NCBI GenBank assembly: GCA_964016885.1
Contig: OZ024742.1
Span: 81,220,001 to 81,284,000 of the forward strand
Source of the DNA: Eledone cirrhosa
Lineage: Eukaryota
Direction: 5' to 3'
DNA length: 64,000 nt
The notes under the pieces are model-generated. The model was not told where the DNA came from. It saw only the letters and a list, made by a program, of their open reading frames with translations, and did not search any database. How positions within the stretch are numbered: the stretch's first letter is position 1; each line of letters begins with the position of its first letter. Shown here piece after piece: positions 46,221-61,005 of the stretch. A program made the position numbers and the translations under genes.

Positions 46221-46660
46221 ATATTAATAAGAGGAATTCCAACTTTGTCTGATTTACTCGTTTTATTTACAATCCTTTAAAATATATATAATATGGTATT
46301 ATAATGAAATAGTATGATAGAATATTAAATTCTAAATGTTAATTGAACAAGTACTTTCATGCTTTCGCAATCTTCAGGTTCATGATATGTGGTGACAGTT
46401 GAGTTTGCAATTTTCAACAGTTGAAAATTGCAAACTCGACTGTCACCACATATCATGAACCTGAAGATTGCGAAAGCATGAAAGTACTTGTTCAATTAAC
46501 ACTTAGAATTTAATATTCTATCATACTATTTCATTATAATACCATATTATATATATTTTAAAGGATTGTAAATAAAACGAGTAAATCAGACAAAGTTGGA
46601 ATTCCTCTTATTAATATAATCTTCTATACACAATCATACACACCCGTGTATATTTACCTA
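46221..46660 (+). mobile_element. Near-perfect palindrome (centre 46419, ~197 bp arms) with HHR in both arms and short tail
   Basis: ttttcaac-a-gttgaaaa; few mismatches between arms; flanked by TA-rich repeats. Confidence 0.88.
46456..46494 (+). ncRNA. Minimal 39 nt type I hammerhead ribozyme (mirror 46344-46382 on -)
   Basis: tgaac-CTGAAGA-ttgc-gaaa-gcat-GAAA-gtac-TT^-gttca. Confidence 0.85.
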
Positions 46661-46666
46661 TCTATA

Positions 46667-46711
<45 letters not shown>

Positions 46712-49619
46712 CCGTGCGCGTGCGTGTGTGTGTGCGCGCGCCGAGTGTGTTTCTATCTAAATAATTGTTTCTACTTTAGGCACAAGGCCAGCATGAGGCA
46801 ACATTCACGCAATAACCAGTAAACAATCCTGAATAATCTATTAATGAATTTTACGCTTAGAAATTGAAAATGTTTCTCCGAAGTTCAGACAAATACATAC
46901 TTACATATATCTACCTACATATTCTATAGTGAAATATACGTGCACATCTATCAAACTATCTGTATCATCTTACTCTGCCTCTCTTTCTCTCTCAATTTAT
47001 ATATATGTGTGCCTGTGTGTATATGTACGCACGCGTGTAAGCATGTTTGTATGTATTTGTATGTATGAATACGAATTTTGCACTCATGTGTTGACGTTCG
47101 TTATACGATGGTGTAAATAACCTAGAATTGTGCCTAATAACAATAGAGGTAACTTGTGAGATGCATTTTGAAATCATCCTCTTACCTACAGCTTCGGGCT
47201 GCGCTAAATAATGTTCATGGTATCATGTTATGAATATATATCGCTTACAATTCGAGAACATGTAGTTTCCTTTTAGAATACGCTTGTACTTTTTTTTGTT
47301 TGTATTCAAACAATACGTGTATATTAAATTGTTAAAATCCTGTGAAATATACAAGTTAGTTTTCAGTAACCACATGTTTCAGGAGTCAATTTATTTACCT
47401 AACATTTACCCAAGCTTTTGAGAACAAGAACATTGATCGCTTTAGAATGCCGTTGAAATGTAAAATTAATAAACGTTTGCAAAGATATCCATACCACATA
47501 TTCATGTCCGAATCGACCTGATCAGGCTAATTATTGCTATTATTTTATTTGGATGAATATATGAATTTTAAAATGCATATAATCTGTAATCAGTTAAATA
47601 CGTTAAAATTCATTAGTTGATATTTAAACAATAGTAACCATTAAAACAAGTATACACTCTGCACGATATTTGGGAAAATATGTCTATATTCTGGATGCAA
47701 TTTTTCCGCGAATACGCTATATAGCAATAATAATGAAATCATGTTCTTGAATAATTCTAAATGTGTAAGCACATGTATCTTGTGTGAGTGGCTGAGGATA
47801 TAGGTCAGCGTTATCTGTGCAGTTATTCATTGAGAACTAAATGCTTTTATTGCGTAATTGTTTTACAATGATATGACGGTGGGGTTCAAATCTAATATTT
47901 CGTTGAGGGCTTGTTTCTCTGTTAGAATTGTTTACCTAATACTTGACAGTGAAACCATATACTACTGGCATTAAAACAAAATATAGAATGCATTATAATA
48001 TGTTTAATTTTCAAATGTATTATCACTTCTGAATAATTATACCATACACCGGAGGATTCATAATAACTATAGGTGACGACATCTGTCTCCACTTTCAAAT
48101 TCAGTAGATGTTCAATAATACATTACATAATGCGAAGAGTTTAAAACGGTGAGTAGTGAACTAATTATAAATGATTTGTATGCAAGTAACCCCGATTCTA
48201 AATATGCATACGACACGCTAGAAATATGTCTGAAATCATACGCTAACATCTAGTCAGATTTGCCATCTTTGAGACACTTTGACTTGCTACATGTGATAAC
48301 TGCATCACCTTGAAATCGACCTATAACGATTTGATAAAGAACATATTTACATGCAGTCGATATTGTATTTTATTTAATTCGTCTCAGCCATCTCAACACG
48401 AGGAGGTATCATATACAAAGTATCCAATTGGGATGTCACATGAATTTAGCAATTGACTCTGTAATATTACAGTATTAGTTATCGTGGTAAACATGAGTAT
48501 GTCGTCATACGTCTGTTAATGTGGGCCTTAACTAGAGGGAAATTTCCTTTTGGGTGGTGAAATACAGGCTGCAAATTGTCAATAAGTCGATTGAATAAGT
48601 TCTATAGTTAGTAATTGAACATAGGTTAGGTCGCAAATAAACTCATTTCATTTCACACATTACTCATTTCAGAATGACGTACTCGAAAATGATGTTTTCT
48701 ATAGTCTGTGTTTAAAAGAAAAAAAAGGATGATCACAAAGGAAATACATTTTAACATATGGTCTACCGATTAAATCTAATCTGCAACTAAACTCCATGAT
48801 CGGCTCTGTGTTTATAGTTAAGAAATATGTTTAAATTTTTCTGGTAATATTTCGTCTGAAAACAACATAATAACAGCACACACATCCAATATTGTCAGGA
48901 AAAATTGTGTAATTTATTTTTCTAAATATTGCACCGATGTTTTATGTCGTAAAATCATTGCCATCTGAAGTAATATGAATAATTTCCATATTCACGTCTC
49001 CATATTCCTTCTTGAGATGACATTTGACATTATTGATCAATATTGAATACAACATTTAGCATATGGTCTTTAGTACATAATTCATACAGAATGTAAGATA
49101 TTTCATTTTATAAGCTACTGCGTCATATTCTTATCTAAATTAACACTGTTGTGCAATAGCTTAATAAAATTGGATGATTATAAATTGTTTATCATTCTAT
49201 TGTATATTTCAATTCACATATACAGTGCCTTCATATATATTGTCAAATACATTTTAAAAACTAATTGTACTGCTTGCACAGATGTAGCGATATGTAATTG
49301 CCTAGTGTCACCATCATTGCTCACGGTCTTTGTGTTTATATAATTCCCGAATTTGCCCTGAAAACTCTAAAGATATTTACTTCCGTATTTCTTTGTGAAA
49401 ACGACTAACAGGATAGTTATAACTTTTACGTGTTCTGAATAAGAAATATCAATTTTAGTCATAAGCGTGCTACATATATTTGTTTTATAAATATACTATT
49501 TAGCTAATTTCCACCCGGGCAAAAGCACATTATTTAATTTGCATTATGTCTATTTTCGTTGAATTGTTATCTGTTTATAATATATAATATTTAAATATAA
49601 TATTTATAATATCTAGTTT

Positions 49620-50620
49620 AATGGAAAGTTGCAGACAAGTGGTTGCTTGAAATTGCCGATGGTTGTGAAGAATTAAAAGAGCAAATCTATGTATCCGACA
49701 AGATTGTATGGCTGGACCAGACTTATCATCAAATTGCAGTAAACTACATTTTCTCCACGAATCACCCATACCACTTAAATGTGTTGAAATTCCGATGTGT
49801 GGGTCTGGACCAGGTTGAGAAGAGTACATTAATATCTGTAAGAGAACATGAATAACAGTACGATGAATGTATAGATAAAACTCTTTCTATAATATTCAAT
49901 CGACTGCATATTCTGCATGGATTTAAATGAAAGACTTCACTGCTTGAGTTTGGTTTATTAACCACCATATCAGAAGTATCATAAATGATAACTATACAAG
50001 ATATAAAGAAATCAGAGCCAACATGTGTCAGGAACAATTGCGTTTGAGAATGCTATGTGCAATGCATAAATGAACGAATTTCCCAGTGCAAAGTAGAACG
50101 GATGCATCGTCCCATGTTACATGATGTAATTTTCGTTAAATTCAAAAGCAGTGACTTGATGCAGTAAATATAAGCGGATTAAAATTGTGGTTCCTGCCAA
50201 TATATGCTCGTAGTGTTAGTACCCTTTATCAATATACAGAGTGATAAAGGCATTTGAAGGATTATGCGAAAACAACATCATCCTTCTTGAAGTTGGGTTG
50301 TCCTGAATTATTTCGAGGACATGTAGACTGGTCGACCAAGCAGAAGTATAGTATGATACACACCATACTTACCACATAAAATATTGAATTTTTTAAAATG
50401 GCGTGCTTCAGATATTTTCAAAAAACTTATACATCAGTTTATGTTTGGAACAGAAATTCTCCAAGTCAAGTGGCAGCTGACCATCACAATATTCATAAAT
50501 TCATTGATTGTTTATAAAAAGAGCAACTTATAGCAAGTAGCATATTGAACAATATGTATGAAGGAGAGCTCCAGAAAGCCAGAGAAATGATAGTGTAATG
50601 CTGCTCAACACATAAATCAA
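49620..50620 (+). pseudogene. Decayed MULE (Mutator-like) transposase
   Basis: LNYFEDM*TGR (~50303) and WNRNSPSQVAADHHNIHKFIDCL*KEQ (~50446) match the MULE C-terminal YFE..W...HPNIWKFI..LKxEQ pattern. Confidence 0.6.
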
Positions 50621-50767
50621 AACGTTTTGGAAATTCTCAGGTTTGTATATACTCAGCTATATTCCTTTTATTGTTCATAACATTTGAATAACACTACAAT
50701 TTGATTTCTATGTGATTTCCTTCCTTGTTCTTTCATTTAAGTACTAAATAGGTGAATTTAAGAGTAA

Positions 50768-51170
50768 TCTATATATCTAAAACAGAGAATGTCTGTCTGT
50801 CTGACTCCCTAAAACTCGAGAACCACCCAACCGATTGTATTCAAACTTTACACATGTAATACTTATGGTCATGTGAGTGTTTTGAGCAAACACAATTTCA
50901 AATTTTCAATGCCCTAGGGCCCACATTAGGCGATTTAGCGATCTCACTCTATAATCCTTAGTCTATATGTATATATAGTGTGTGTATATATATATATACA
51001 CACACTATATATACATATATACACACACACACACATATAGCGTGATTATATCGTAATGCAGAGAGCCGAACACACAGGCATATATTCACGAGGCTCGATA
51101 AGGATGAATATATATCAAATATATATGAAATCTAGAGAAACTCCCGAGCAGCGCCGGGCCATTCTGCTAG
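50768..51170 (+). mobile_element. Non-autonomous Helitron-like element
   Basis: a|TCTATATATCTAAAA, (tgtc)n, subterminal hairpin cccg-agcagcgc-cggg, terminal CTAG|t. Confidence 0.8.
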
Positions 51171-51429
51171 TTAATACTAAAATAAAATAAACGTTCCTTT
51201 CTTTCTTTTTCGCCAAAGTATAATATTTATAATGAATGAATGGATAGTGTGCAATTGTGTTTCGAATTTATATATCGATAATAGGTCGATTCCCTATGTA
51301 TGTGGCTGGTGAATGTTATATAAGTTACTCAGTGAGTTAGTATATAAGATAAATTAATTCTACAGAACCAAAACTGTTCCATTCGGTAGTTCTAGTCTTG
51401 TATAATTTGTTTTCTATAATAAGTATAAT

Positions 51430-52050
51430 ATATAGACATATATGGGTATCTCTTAATTTTGTCTAACATTCAGTGTGATGATCAACTCTCTATCATGAGT
51501 GCTGTATCCTTTTCAAAGTCAGTATGTGAGATAGTCAGCTACCGGTCCTCAGTGTTGTATCATTTGCGAAGCCAGCCTGTGCAGCGGTCTAAGGCCTGTA
51601 TTTCGTGTTTTACATTTATGTATTCTAAACGATTCCATTATTATTTTTTTTTATTTCCTGTGTAGACAGGCCAGTTCTTTAGTGTTCACTGCAGAATATT
51701 AGAAGTAGATTACAGAAATATCTATACTACTGATGTCTATTATCTTATTCTTCGAATTTACGTCTGTCCTTTGAAGTAGTCTAATCCATCTATAGTGTTC
51801 CTTTCTAAACTTTTCTTTCATCTACTGTGTGTTGAAACTCCGCCCAATTCATTGATTCTCAAGTATTTTTCTGTCTGTGTTTGATCTGTATCTGCCGTGA
51901 TGTTGGTGTTGTTCACTAGCTTGTCTGTCTAGATTGCCTTGGTGTATTTTTCTAGTATACAGTGAATTACGTTTTCTGTTAATTCATGTATATTCTGAAC
52001 CTGGGTTTCAAATTGTACCTCACTTAGTGTACCTGGCTTTAGATACCCCA
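51430..52050 (-). pseudogene. R4/Dong-like LINE remnant
   Basis: Minus strand KYLRINE..MKEKFRKEHYRWIRL parallels KYLWINE..MKERIRTECYRRVR in the 61005 ORF. Confidence 0.6.
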
Positions 52051-52559
52051 TTTACAAAAGATGGTCATTTTTCTTACCATAGTATTAATAGAAATTAAAG
52101 TTGGAATTTGAATAACAACCTTAATTTTCCTTTTCTATTATATATATATATATATATATATACATAAATGGAAATATACGTTTTCGCCGTATCTTTTACT
52201 AAAGATACTTTATCCTGATTGTGGGGTTCAGAGACCCTCTAAAAGGGGAAAATAAGTTTAGCATCGACGGACATAGGAGTCGAACCCACATCTTTGTTTA
52301 TCCAAAACACTGTGCTACCATTACACCAACAGAACACCCAACTTTTGCTATTCAAATTAGAAACAAAATTCTTACCTAGTGTACTGACAAGTAAGTATGT
52401 TTTGAAACAACGAACGAGGTTGAAAATGGAAATAGAAACTTTCACCGCATTTTTTACTAAAAATGGAAAACCGAAAATGTTGTTTCGACTCCCATGTACG
52501 TCAATACTCATCTTTTTCCACAGTGAATTCGTTGGTTTGCACGTTTATTTCGTTGATAT

Positions 52560-53400
52560 GTTTTATATTTTAATGATTTTGGTTGTCGTTTACTTTCTAT
52601 GATTGGATATTTCTTTCACATGTATTTCATTTTCGTACTCTTTAGTAACATGGTGTTATGGCTATCTATATCTCTGTGTTGTTCTTTGGATTGAAAGTTG
52701 AAATGTCTGATATGCAATTTTTTTTTTGGGGGGGGGGGGGGTTCTCGATGTGTTTGGATATTGTATTGATTTGTCTTGGTACTTGATTACAATTGTTGAT
52801 TGAATTATGGGTATATTTTCTCTTGATAATTATTTGTTTCTCCTTTTCTAGTCTGTGGGCACTGTTTGTTGGGTTTGAGACTGTTTTATATATTTTAAAA
52901 AGGGTGTGTGATGGAGGAGAAGATGTAAAAAGAAGGAATTGTTTAGAACCAGAAGGTTTAAAATATATGTCAGTTGCTAATGTTCTGTTTCTTTTTTTGT
53001 TATTAACATATCTAAAGTTTGATGTTTTGTATCACTAAAATCCACAGTGAATCGGATTTTCTCGTTTACATCATTTGGGTTTGCCATTTCTCTGTTGAGT
53101 CAAGACTCTCGCATCACCATATGAAGAAATCGTCCACGTACATTTTCCAATATTCTTTTATGTAGTCACTGAAATTATTTCCATTATTTGTTCAATTTTT
53201 GGGGGGCGTGGGGAGATTAGTAATTCATTGTCCTCCATGACAAGGTTTGCATATGACGGAAAAACCTTAGTCCCTATAGCTGTTCCTGTTTTTATCGAAC
53301 GATAAATAATTCTTTTTTTGTTTTAATGTATTAAAGTTCGTCTACGATGAACTTCTTATTGGAGCGGTATCAGTAAGGAAAAGATGAGTCATATCATTTT
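52560..53400 (-). pseudogene. Decayed PLE reverse transcriptase (Penelope/Poseidon-like motifs)
   Basis: GTAIGTKVFPSYANLVM, WKMYVDDFFIW, DIYFKPSGSKQFLLFTSS, ESKRQPKSLK. Confidence 0.7.
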
Positions 53401-53436
53401 CCACACACCATTTTACGCATTATATATATATATATA

Positions 53437-53469
<33 letters not shown>

Positions 53470-53789
53470 CTATAGTTAATGAAGAATCAGTGATGCATCA
53501 AAACAAAATGTATTAACATATTACATGTGTTCCTCCGACGATCAGCTCAAGGCATCAAGGCAGGATCTATTATAGATCGAACCTGACTCTGCATTTGCAA
53601 AGTCCTCAGATATGTTTATCGTTTTCAAGGCATCTCTTCTAGTAGTGAGGTGTGGGGTGGAGGCACGTTTCTCTCCACCCTCACCTTCTATTCCAAGTGA
53701 AACTTGAACAACTTGTTGTTGGCCGAAGAGAAAAGTGTCTGTCTTCTGTCCTTTCAAACTGGTTCACCACACAACCATTTTCGCAACTG

Positions 53790-55500
53790 CCACCGAACAG
53801 AGGATAATTGCTTGTCTTTCCTAGCAAAAAGAAAGCGGTTGATCGATCTCCACTATGGGGTCGGCCGATAGCCGGATCCGTTCTACACACGATAACAGCT
53901 GTTCGACATAATTCCACAAGTCAGTAATCCAGTGGCACTTGACGATTCCGAGCAGAACAGTTTCATCGCTCTGCGCGCATGTCGAGTAGGTCCGTCTGAG
54001 AGCACTTCCGTGCCTGCAGAGTTTATCTCGAATCGGCAGTGCTCCCCCGGTAACTGACAAGCGAGGTATTTCTGAAAGTTATCCATCGTCCCTGGTTTGA
54101 AAGTTCTCCGGACACAGACTGATCAGTTCGACTTCATCGACTCCAAGAGCCTCCCCGAGTCCCTCGTCGTACTTGCTCACCACTAATCTTCTATAGAACT
54201 CGAGAGTGGAAATTCTATTGACGGCATTGCCTACCTGGTAGAGGGCAGTAAGTTCCTTATGCTAGTCCCCCAGTCTCAGTCCCTTCTTGACCCAGGACTG
54301 CAGCTCAGTCAAAGAGACGAGTTGCGGAAGGCCCGTCTGGCAAACGGCAACCACACATGTTCACTGTTTAGTCAGAATATCTGGAGATGCCGCAGCGACA
54401 GTGCATGTTTGCGCATCATTAGCCACGGCATGTCCAGCCCTCCACGTCGAAGGTGCTGGCAGCAGATGGACGGAAGTCAGGTGGTACCAGATGACAGACG
54501 CGATGTTAGAATTCGCCACCTGTGCCCGATATTTCACGATAGCTTACTCACAGGCCATTTCTTGGTGAGACTGGCTACACTCGTCTCAATTCTTATCCAC
54601 TCGTAGGTCTGATCCGAAGCAAACCCCGAGGAACTTTACAGGTCCATCCTTCTAGCACCCAACCACGCTGTTGGACGGCGTGGATTGCCACTCCAGGTGC
54701 CGAGCTGCAAGCCCACCGATTTTCCCGGTTTAAACTTCGCTCCTGTCAAACTTTCATATTCCTCCAATAAGGTGCCGATCACCTCGATTAACGAGATGTT
54801 CGACATTATGACTGTGATATCGTCCGCATAAGCCGATACAGCCTGTCGACGACCCGGTACGTGTGGGATGCCCTGAAACAGCCCCAGCTTCCGCAGTAAA
54901 GGCTGCAAAGTCAATACGTACAGAAGGTAAGAGAGAGGGCACCTAAACGGACCGATCGGGACAGCTGACAAGAGGTGGCCTTTAACCTTGACCACCGAGC
55001 AGATGCCACTGTGCATTGCAACGATCCAGCTCCGGAAGAGGTGGCCGAAGCCAGCCTTCACGTACAAATGGTCAATCCCATCGAACGCTTTCGATTGATC
55101 GAAATTGATCAGAGTCCCACCGAAGTCCGGTTTACAACCTAACCTCTCTATGATGTATCGCATGATATGCATGTTGCAGCCCTCGACGTAGAGGGTGCTG
55201 GAAGCAGGTGGGCGCCTCACCAACGGAACCATTCAACTCCAGTAGAATTTGAAGAGGATCCGTTCCAAGATGGCGAGGTACGAACGGGGGCAAGGGCCGA
55301 CGGTCATGCGGTAGTAGATGATGGACCCGATGTACGCGTACACCACATCCACCCGACCTTTTAGTTATAGCTTCCTCGTAGCCCATTTCTGGGTGAGACT
55401 GGCTAACCTCTTCGTCACCTCGTCCCAATTCTAATCCACCTGGAGGACTGACCCGAACCAACCCCGGGCAACTTTACCTGTCCGTCCAGCGACCAACATT
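53790..55500 (-). mobile_element. Mosaic of L1/Tx1-like ORF2 fragments (RT and C-terminal region)
   Basis: NFDQSKAFD, SAYADD, MDNFQK; homologous to 55902-57806 but rearranged. Confidence 0.85.
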
Positions 55501-55534
55501 TACTAGCCTTTCCGGTCCTATTAATAATAATAAT

Positions 55535-55611
55535 AATTGTTACTACTTATTGGCACAAGGCCAGCAATTATCGGAGTCTATTACTGTCCGACCCTCTACC
55601 GATACTGCCAT
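55535..55611 (-). mobile_element. Internally deleted SINE
   Basis: Head tggcagtatcggtagagggtcggac joined almost directly to tail aattgctggccttgtgcc. Confidence 0.7.
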
Positions 55612-55624
55612 CCAGCACAATTAA

Positions 55625-58600
55625 TAATAATAATAATGCTTTCTTTATTACCCACAAGGGTTTACACAAAGTAAGACATTAATTACAGTACAGGAGAATA
55701 CAGGACAATACAGGACGGTACAAATGGGCATTTCTGCGTGTAAAATTAAAAAAAACAGGATGTAACAAAAAAAAGAAACAAATAAAAATTCCCCAAAAGA
55801 GGGGAGACTTCCGAGGGACATCGTGGAGAAAGCCCATTAAAAAAAGCCACGGTGACCCTGACCACCAGGGCAAGTGCCTCTCCCAGTTTTTCACCTTCAA
55901 TTTACAGGTACATACTCAGAGTTGGCCCATTCACATGGGCCATTCTTGCCTCTCTCACCCATCTTTCAACAAAATGCTGGGAAGAGAGCACTACCCTCTC
56001 TACCATCATTTTCCTTTTTAAATGAAATTTGAAAAAGTTAATCAGGGCATCACCGAAGAGGTAAATGCTCGTCTTCAGGCCTTTCAAACGCGTCCACCAT
56101 ACTATATATTTTGCCATTGCCACCAGACAGATAAAAATTGCCTGCCCTTCCCAGCTAAAGGAGGAGGGCGGGGCATGCCTCACGATGGACTCAACTGATT
56201 GCCGGATCCGTCCTACACGCAACAGCAGGTGTTCGACATAAACCCACAAGTCGGCAATGCTCGGACATTGGACGAGTGCGTGCAGGACGGTTTCATCGCC
56301 CCGCGCGCATCTCGAACATGCCCGGCTGACAGCACCTCCATGTCTGTACAGTATATCCCGAACTGACAAAGCTCCTCGGTAGCACTGCCAGGCCAGAGAT
56401 TTCTGGAAGTTGTCCATAGGCCCCGGCCCGAAAGTTGTTCCGAAGAGATTGGCTAGTTGATTTTCGTTGACGCCCAGTGTTTCCCCAAGTACGTCGTCGT
56501 TTTTCCCTCCACTAATCCTCTATAGAACTCCAAGGTGGTATTTCTCCCGATCATATTGCCCGATTGGTCGAGGGCTGTGAGCGCCTGAAGACATTCCAGT
56601 CTCCAAGCGCTCCCTCTCGGTCTTCTCTTGACCCAAGACTACAGCTCAGTCAAGGAGACGAGCTGGGAAAGACGCGTCTAGCAAACGGCTACCACACCTG
56701 ATCACCGTCGAGAAAGAGGTGGAGATGTCGTAGCCTGAGCGCGTGTCTGCGCATCATCAGCCACGGTACGCCCAGCCTTCTACGTAGCGGATGTTGACAG
56801 AAGATGGACCGCCTGACAATCGGAGCATGTCTCTTCCACAAAAAGCGAAAGAGCAAATGATCTAGCGCAGTCAGACGTGGCTTAGGACAAGGCACGGCGG
56901 TTAGGCGGTAGTAGATGACGGACGCCTGACCGTCGCATTACGCACCTCCGCTCGACATTTCACGGATAGCTTCCTCTCTGCCCATTTCTGGGTGAGAGAA
57001 GCCACCCTCTTGTCACCTCGTCCCAGTATTTGCCTGTCTGGAGGTCCGGACCGAACCAGACCCCTAGCAATTTAACCGGTCCCTCCGTCAAGCGCCCGAC
57101 GACGCTGGTGGACGGCATGGACCTGCCTCTCCAGGGCCACTGACTTTTCCTGGTTGATCATTGCCCCTGTCACCGCCTCGTATTCTCTTAGTGTAGTGCC
57201 GATCGCCTCGATGTGTTTTGCGTTCGACACCACTACGGTGACATCGTCCACATATGCTGACACGGATCTTCCGCATCCTAGTTCGCGCGGGAACCCTCTC
57301 AATGTCTCCAGTCTGTGCAGTAATGGTTCGAGAGTCAATACGTACAAGAGGGACGAGCAGGAACATCCTTGGCAGACCAGGCGCATGATGTTGAACGGTT
57401 CCGAAAGGTGACCGTTCACGCTCACCACGGAGCATATGTCACTCTGCATGGCAGCGATCCAGCCTCTGAAGACGGGCCCGAAACCAGCCGCCTTCAGTAC
57501 TGCCACCAGATAACGATGGTCGACCCTATCGAAAGCTTTCGACTGATCTAAATTGATCAAGGACCCACACGTGCCAGGTTCCCTAGCTACCCTTTCCACA
57601 ATGTATCGAATGAGGTGGAGGTTGTCGTGGATGGATCTGTCGGGAATGGCACATGTCTGCGCCTCTCCCACCAGACCATCAACGACAAGCGCCAACCTCT
57701 TTGCTAGCACCTTGGCCAAAATCTTGAACTCTGTCTTTAGCAGAGTTATGGGCCTGAAATTATCAATGTTATCCCCCTTGTTCGGATCCTTTCTCAGCAG
57801 CACCACCGCTCCTCGGCTTACAAAGCTGGGAATTCTCCCGTTCTGTTACCAGGCCTCCGAACAAGTCAGGCATATGTACGTAAAGTTCATAGGGCAGACT
57901 ATCCAAACCAGGCGATTTAGCCCATGTGCAGCCAGTCATTGCATCCTTCAGCTGCTATTATCGGCTTTTCGCAACACTCCGCCTCAGTGGCCGACAGCCG
58001 CGGCAGTCCATCGAGGTAGACACTAAAGTCCATTCTTCGATCCAGCTCGCCGCTGCCCCCGAACAGCTGAGCGAAGTGTCGCTGAAAAGCTTCACACATT
58101 TGCCCGGAATCGTGTAGCATACGCCCGTCGTGGTCCACCAAAGACCGGATCGTGGATTTGTTGCCACGACGCGCCTCCGCCACTCGGGACCATTGAACGG
58201 CTTTCGTCCCCTTTTGTCTGAGAGCACGCACCCTAGCTCTGACAACGCAGCCTTCGTGCTTTGCTTTGTAGAAATGGTTCAGGGCCAATTTCGCTGCAAG
58301 TTCGTCGGTCGCGATGCCTTTGCTATGCGCCTCGTCTAACTTTCTAGCTAGTTTCCCCTCTGATCTATTTTTCTGTATTGCTAAAGCCTTACTAAACCTA
58401 ATGGACTCTATTCTAACCGCTATTTTCAGAGCAAACCACTATTTGTCGTTGACGATGGCCCGCTTAACTAGTTCGCTAATCCGGTCTCTGTAGGGCTTGC
58501 GCGCTGTTAATGACGCGTTTAGCGTCATTACGAATTTGTGGTCCGTGTTGCTGACTATCTTGAATTGTGGACAGCCTATGCTAGACCTATCTATTTCTCT

Positions 58601-60960
58601 ACAACATACTCTATCTAGATATGATCTGGATGACCCTATGCGGTTTGCCCAAGTCCACATTGGCACATTTGGGAAATCCAATCGGTACCTTTCAGAGAGT
58701 TCAAAACGCCTGAGCAGGTTGGTGACGCTCGTGCCCCCTCCTCCCCTATCAACGAATCCCATACTGTCCTAGCGTGCATCTAAGATCCCGTTCCAGTCGC
58801 CCACTAACACTAAAGAGCTGGATCTTCCAAGAAAATTTCCAGACGCCGGAAGAAATCAGGCCGCCTTGCTATATCGGGGCATGCACGGCCACTAACCTGA
58901 AAGCTTGCCGTCTCCTCTGGTCACGTCCAGCACCACCAACTTACCCTCTGAGTTCAGGAAGATGGCCGTATGGGGTATTGTTGTTTTAGTGTCGTGTACG
59001 TTTTCTGTGTGATGCGAGTGATTTGTATGTGTGGAGGTGGTGTGAATTTTAGGGGTGCTGTGTAGTCTTTTTCTGTGATGTTTGTGTTGTGTTGGATGTA
59101 GTGTAATAGTTGGTTGTTGTTCAAATGTAATGCTGTGTAGTGTGTATCGTTTTGGTTGTTTTGTTTTGTATGCGTTTGTTTGTGGGTTTGTTTCTGTTTT
59201 ACTTGTTGGTGACATTTGTGGTGTTGGTGAAGATGGTGTTGGGGTTAATGATGGTGATGGTGTTGTAGTTTGTGGTGATGGGGTTGGTGATGCTGGTGTG
59301 GATGGTGACATAGCTGGCCTAACTTTTGTGTTTGTTAGTTTATTTGTTTGCCTTTGTATTTTGTTTGTGGAAGGGAAAGGAAGGGGATTTTTTTCTTTTT
59401 TGGCTTCTTTTCTTTTTTTTAATCCTGGAACAGTTTCCCACTCCTCGTCGTCACAATCTGTCTCCAGTTGCGATAGGTCGGGGAGTGGAAAATCCTCCAC
59501 CGGCGTTGGTTTTGGTTTTGGCGTGCTGGATGGTGGAGGCGCTGGTTCTTGTACTGGCGCGGTTGTTGGTGGTTCTGTTGGTTTTGCTACTATTGCTGGG
59601 GTTGTTGCTGCTACAGTTGCTTCTTTTGTTGCTGCTGCAGTTGATGCTGCCATTTCTGCTGCTGGTGGTGTTGATGGTTGAGTCACTGTGGTGGGTTAGA
59701 GAGGTGGCCTCAACCATTTAGCTTGATGGCAGAAAGCCTTTAGGAGGGTTCCTTCACCACAAACGACACACCTAGGCCTTCTACCCTCAACGATTACGGT
59801 GAGGTGACTGCCGTCAGTGAGGTCTATCACTTCTGGAATTTCCTCAATGTTTTTTTGGTCCGCTTGGATCAGGAGCTCCATCCCAGATCCGAACCAGTTC
59901 TCCTGCTTTTCTTTTGTTTCTTCGATTATTTTCGTGTTGGCCTCGATGCAGGCTAAGACGGTAGCCATTAGCCAGGGAATTTCGATGGCCGGTGGAACGT
60001 GGGTTACCCAGATCTTCACGAATCTCTGACCCCAATAGCATGGGACGAGTGTGAAGTCGTCACATCTTAATGGGGCCATGGAGTGATATCTCGCTTGCTG
60101 TGGTATTCGAAAGAACACGTCCACAGTTACATATTTCTGCACACGTCTGATGTGGGCTTTTTTCGCCCACACATGTCCCAAAGCTTTTTGTATTTGTGAC
60201 TCCAATGCCCGTTCCACTCGGCGTGATTTCGTGTTTATCGTCCGATATGAAACGGTGCATAGGCGCCGATGCTCCATTTTATTAGGTGGGGGGTGAGGCT
60301 GACCATGTACCCATCTTTTTTTACCATTCGCTTGGCTTTATTTAATTCATCCTGGCTTACTTCGATTGTTTCGCTTTTCATGGCTGCTTTGGCAAACGTC
60401 ACATTTTGTTTTACGGTGGTGTTGATGTTGTTGTTGTTATTCTCATCATTGTGGTTGCTGTTGTTGTTATTGATATTTTTAGTTTCAGTTGTGGTGGAGG
60501 TGGCGGTGGTGTCAGTGGTGTTCGGCGTGTAAGAGTCGATTCGGGGTCAATCCATTTCGATGTCACGAGATAATAATTATTTTTTGGGTTTCTGTTGTCG
60601 CTATGGTGGTGGTGGTGGTGGTGGTGGTATTAGTGGTGTTCGTTGTTCTTTTTGACATTGTGGTGGTGGGGGGGTGGCGGGTTTAACAACTGCTGTTATT
60701 GGTAATGGCCGGAAATCTATGTCTTTATGCGGCAATTCTAAATAATTCAGATTATTATTAATTATATTTTCACTGTTGGAAACCATGGCAAGGCTTACAA
60801 TCGTGTTGGTTTTGGTGGTGGTGGTCTGTTAAAAACAGTTTAATTTGTCGCCCTTTTTTTCTTTTCAAAGAAATATTTTGTTTGATAACTGGCAATTTGA
60901 AACAACTGAAAACAACAAACCTTTGCGGAGCTCACAATAATACGATTTCCTACGTATGTC
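55625..60960 (-). mobile_element. Near full-length L1/Tx1-like LINE: gag-like ORF1 (~58892-60786) and disrupted ORF2 (APE-RT-Cys domain, ~55902-58950), between (AAT)n tracts
   Basis: ORF1 RRPRCVVCG; APE SYLDR..TDH; RT RPITLL, DQSKAFDRV, AYVDD; CSRC..ETVLHALVQC; 3' aataaagaaagc(att)n. Confidence 0.9.
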
Positions 60961-60963
60961 GCC

Positions 60964-61005
<42 letters not shown>

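Noticed and set aside
59082-59721. Long plus-strand Val/Gly-rich ORFs
   Set aside because: Antisense shadows of the Pro/Thr-rich LINE ORF1 region.
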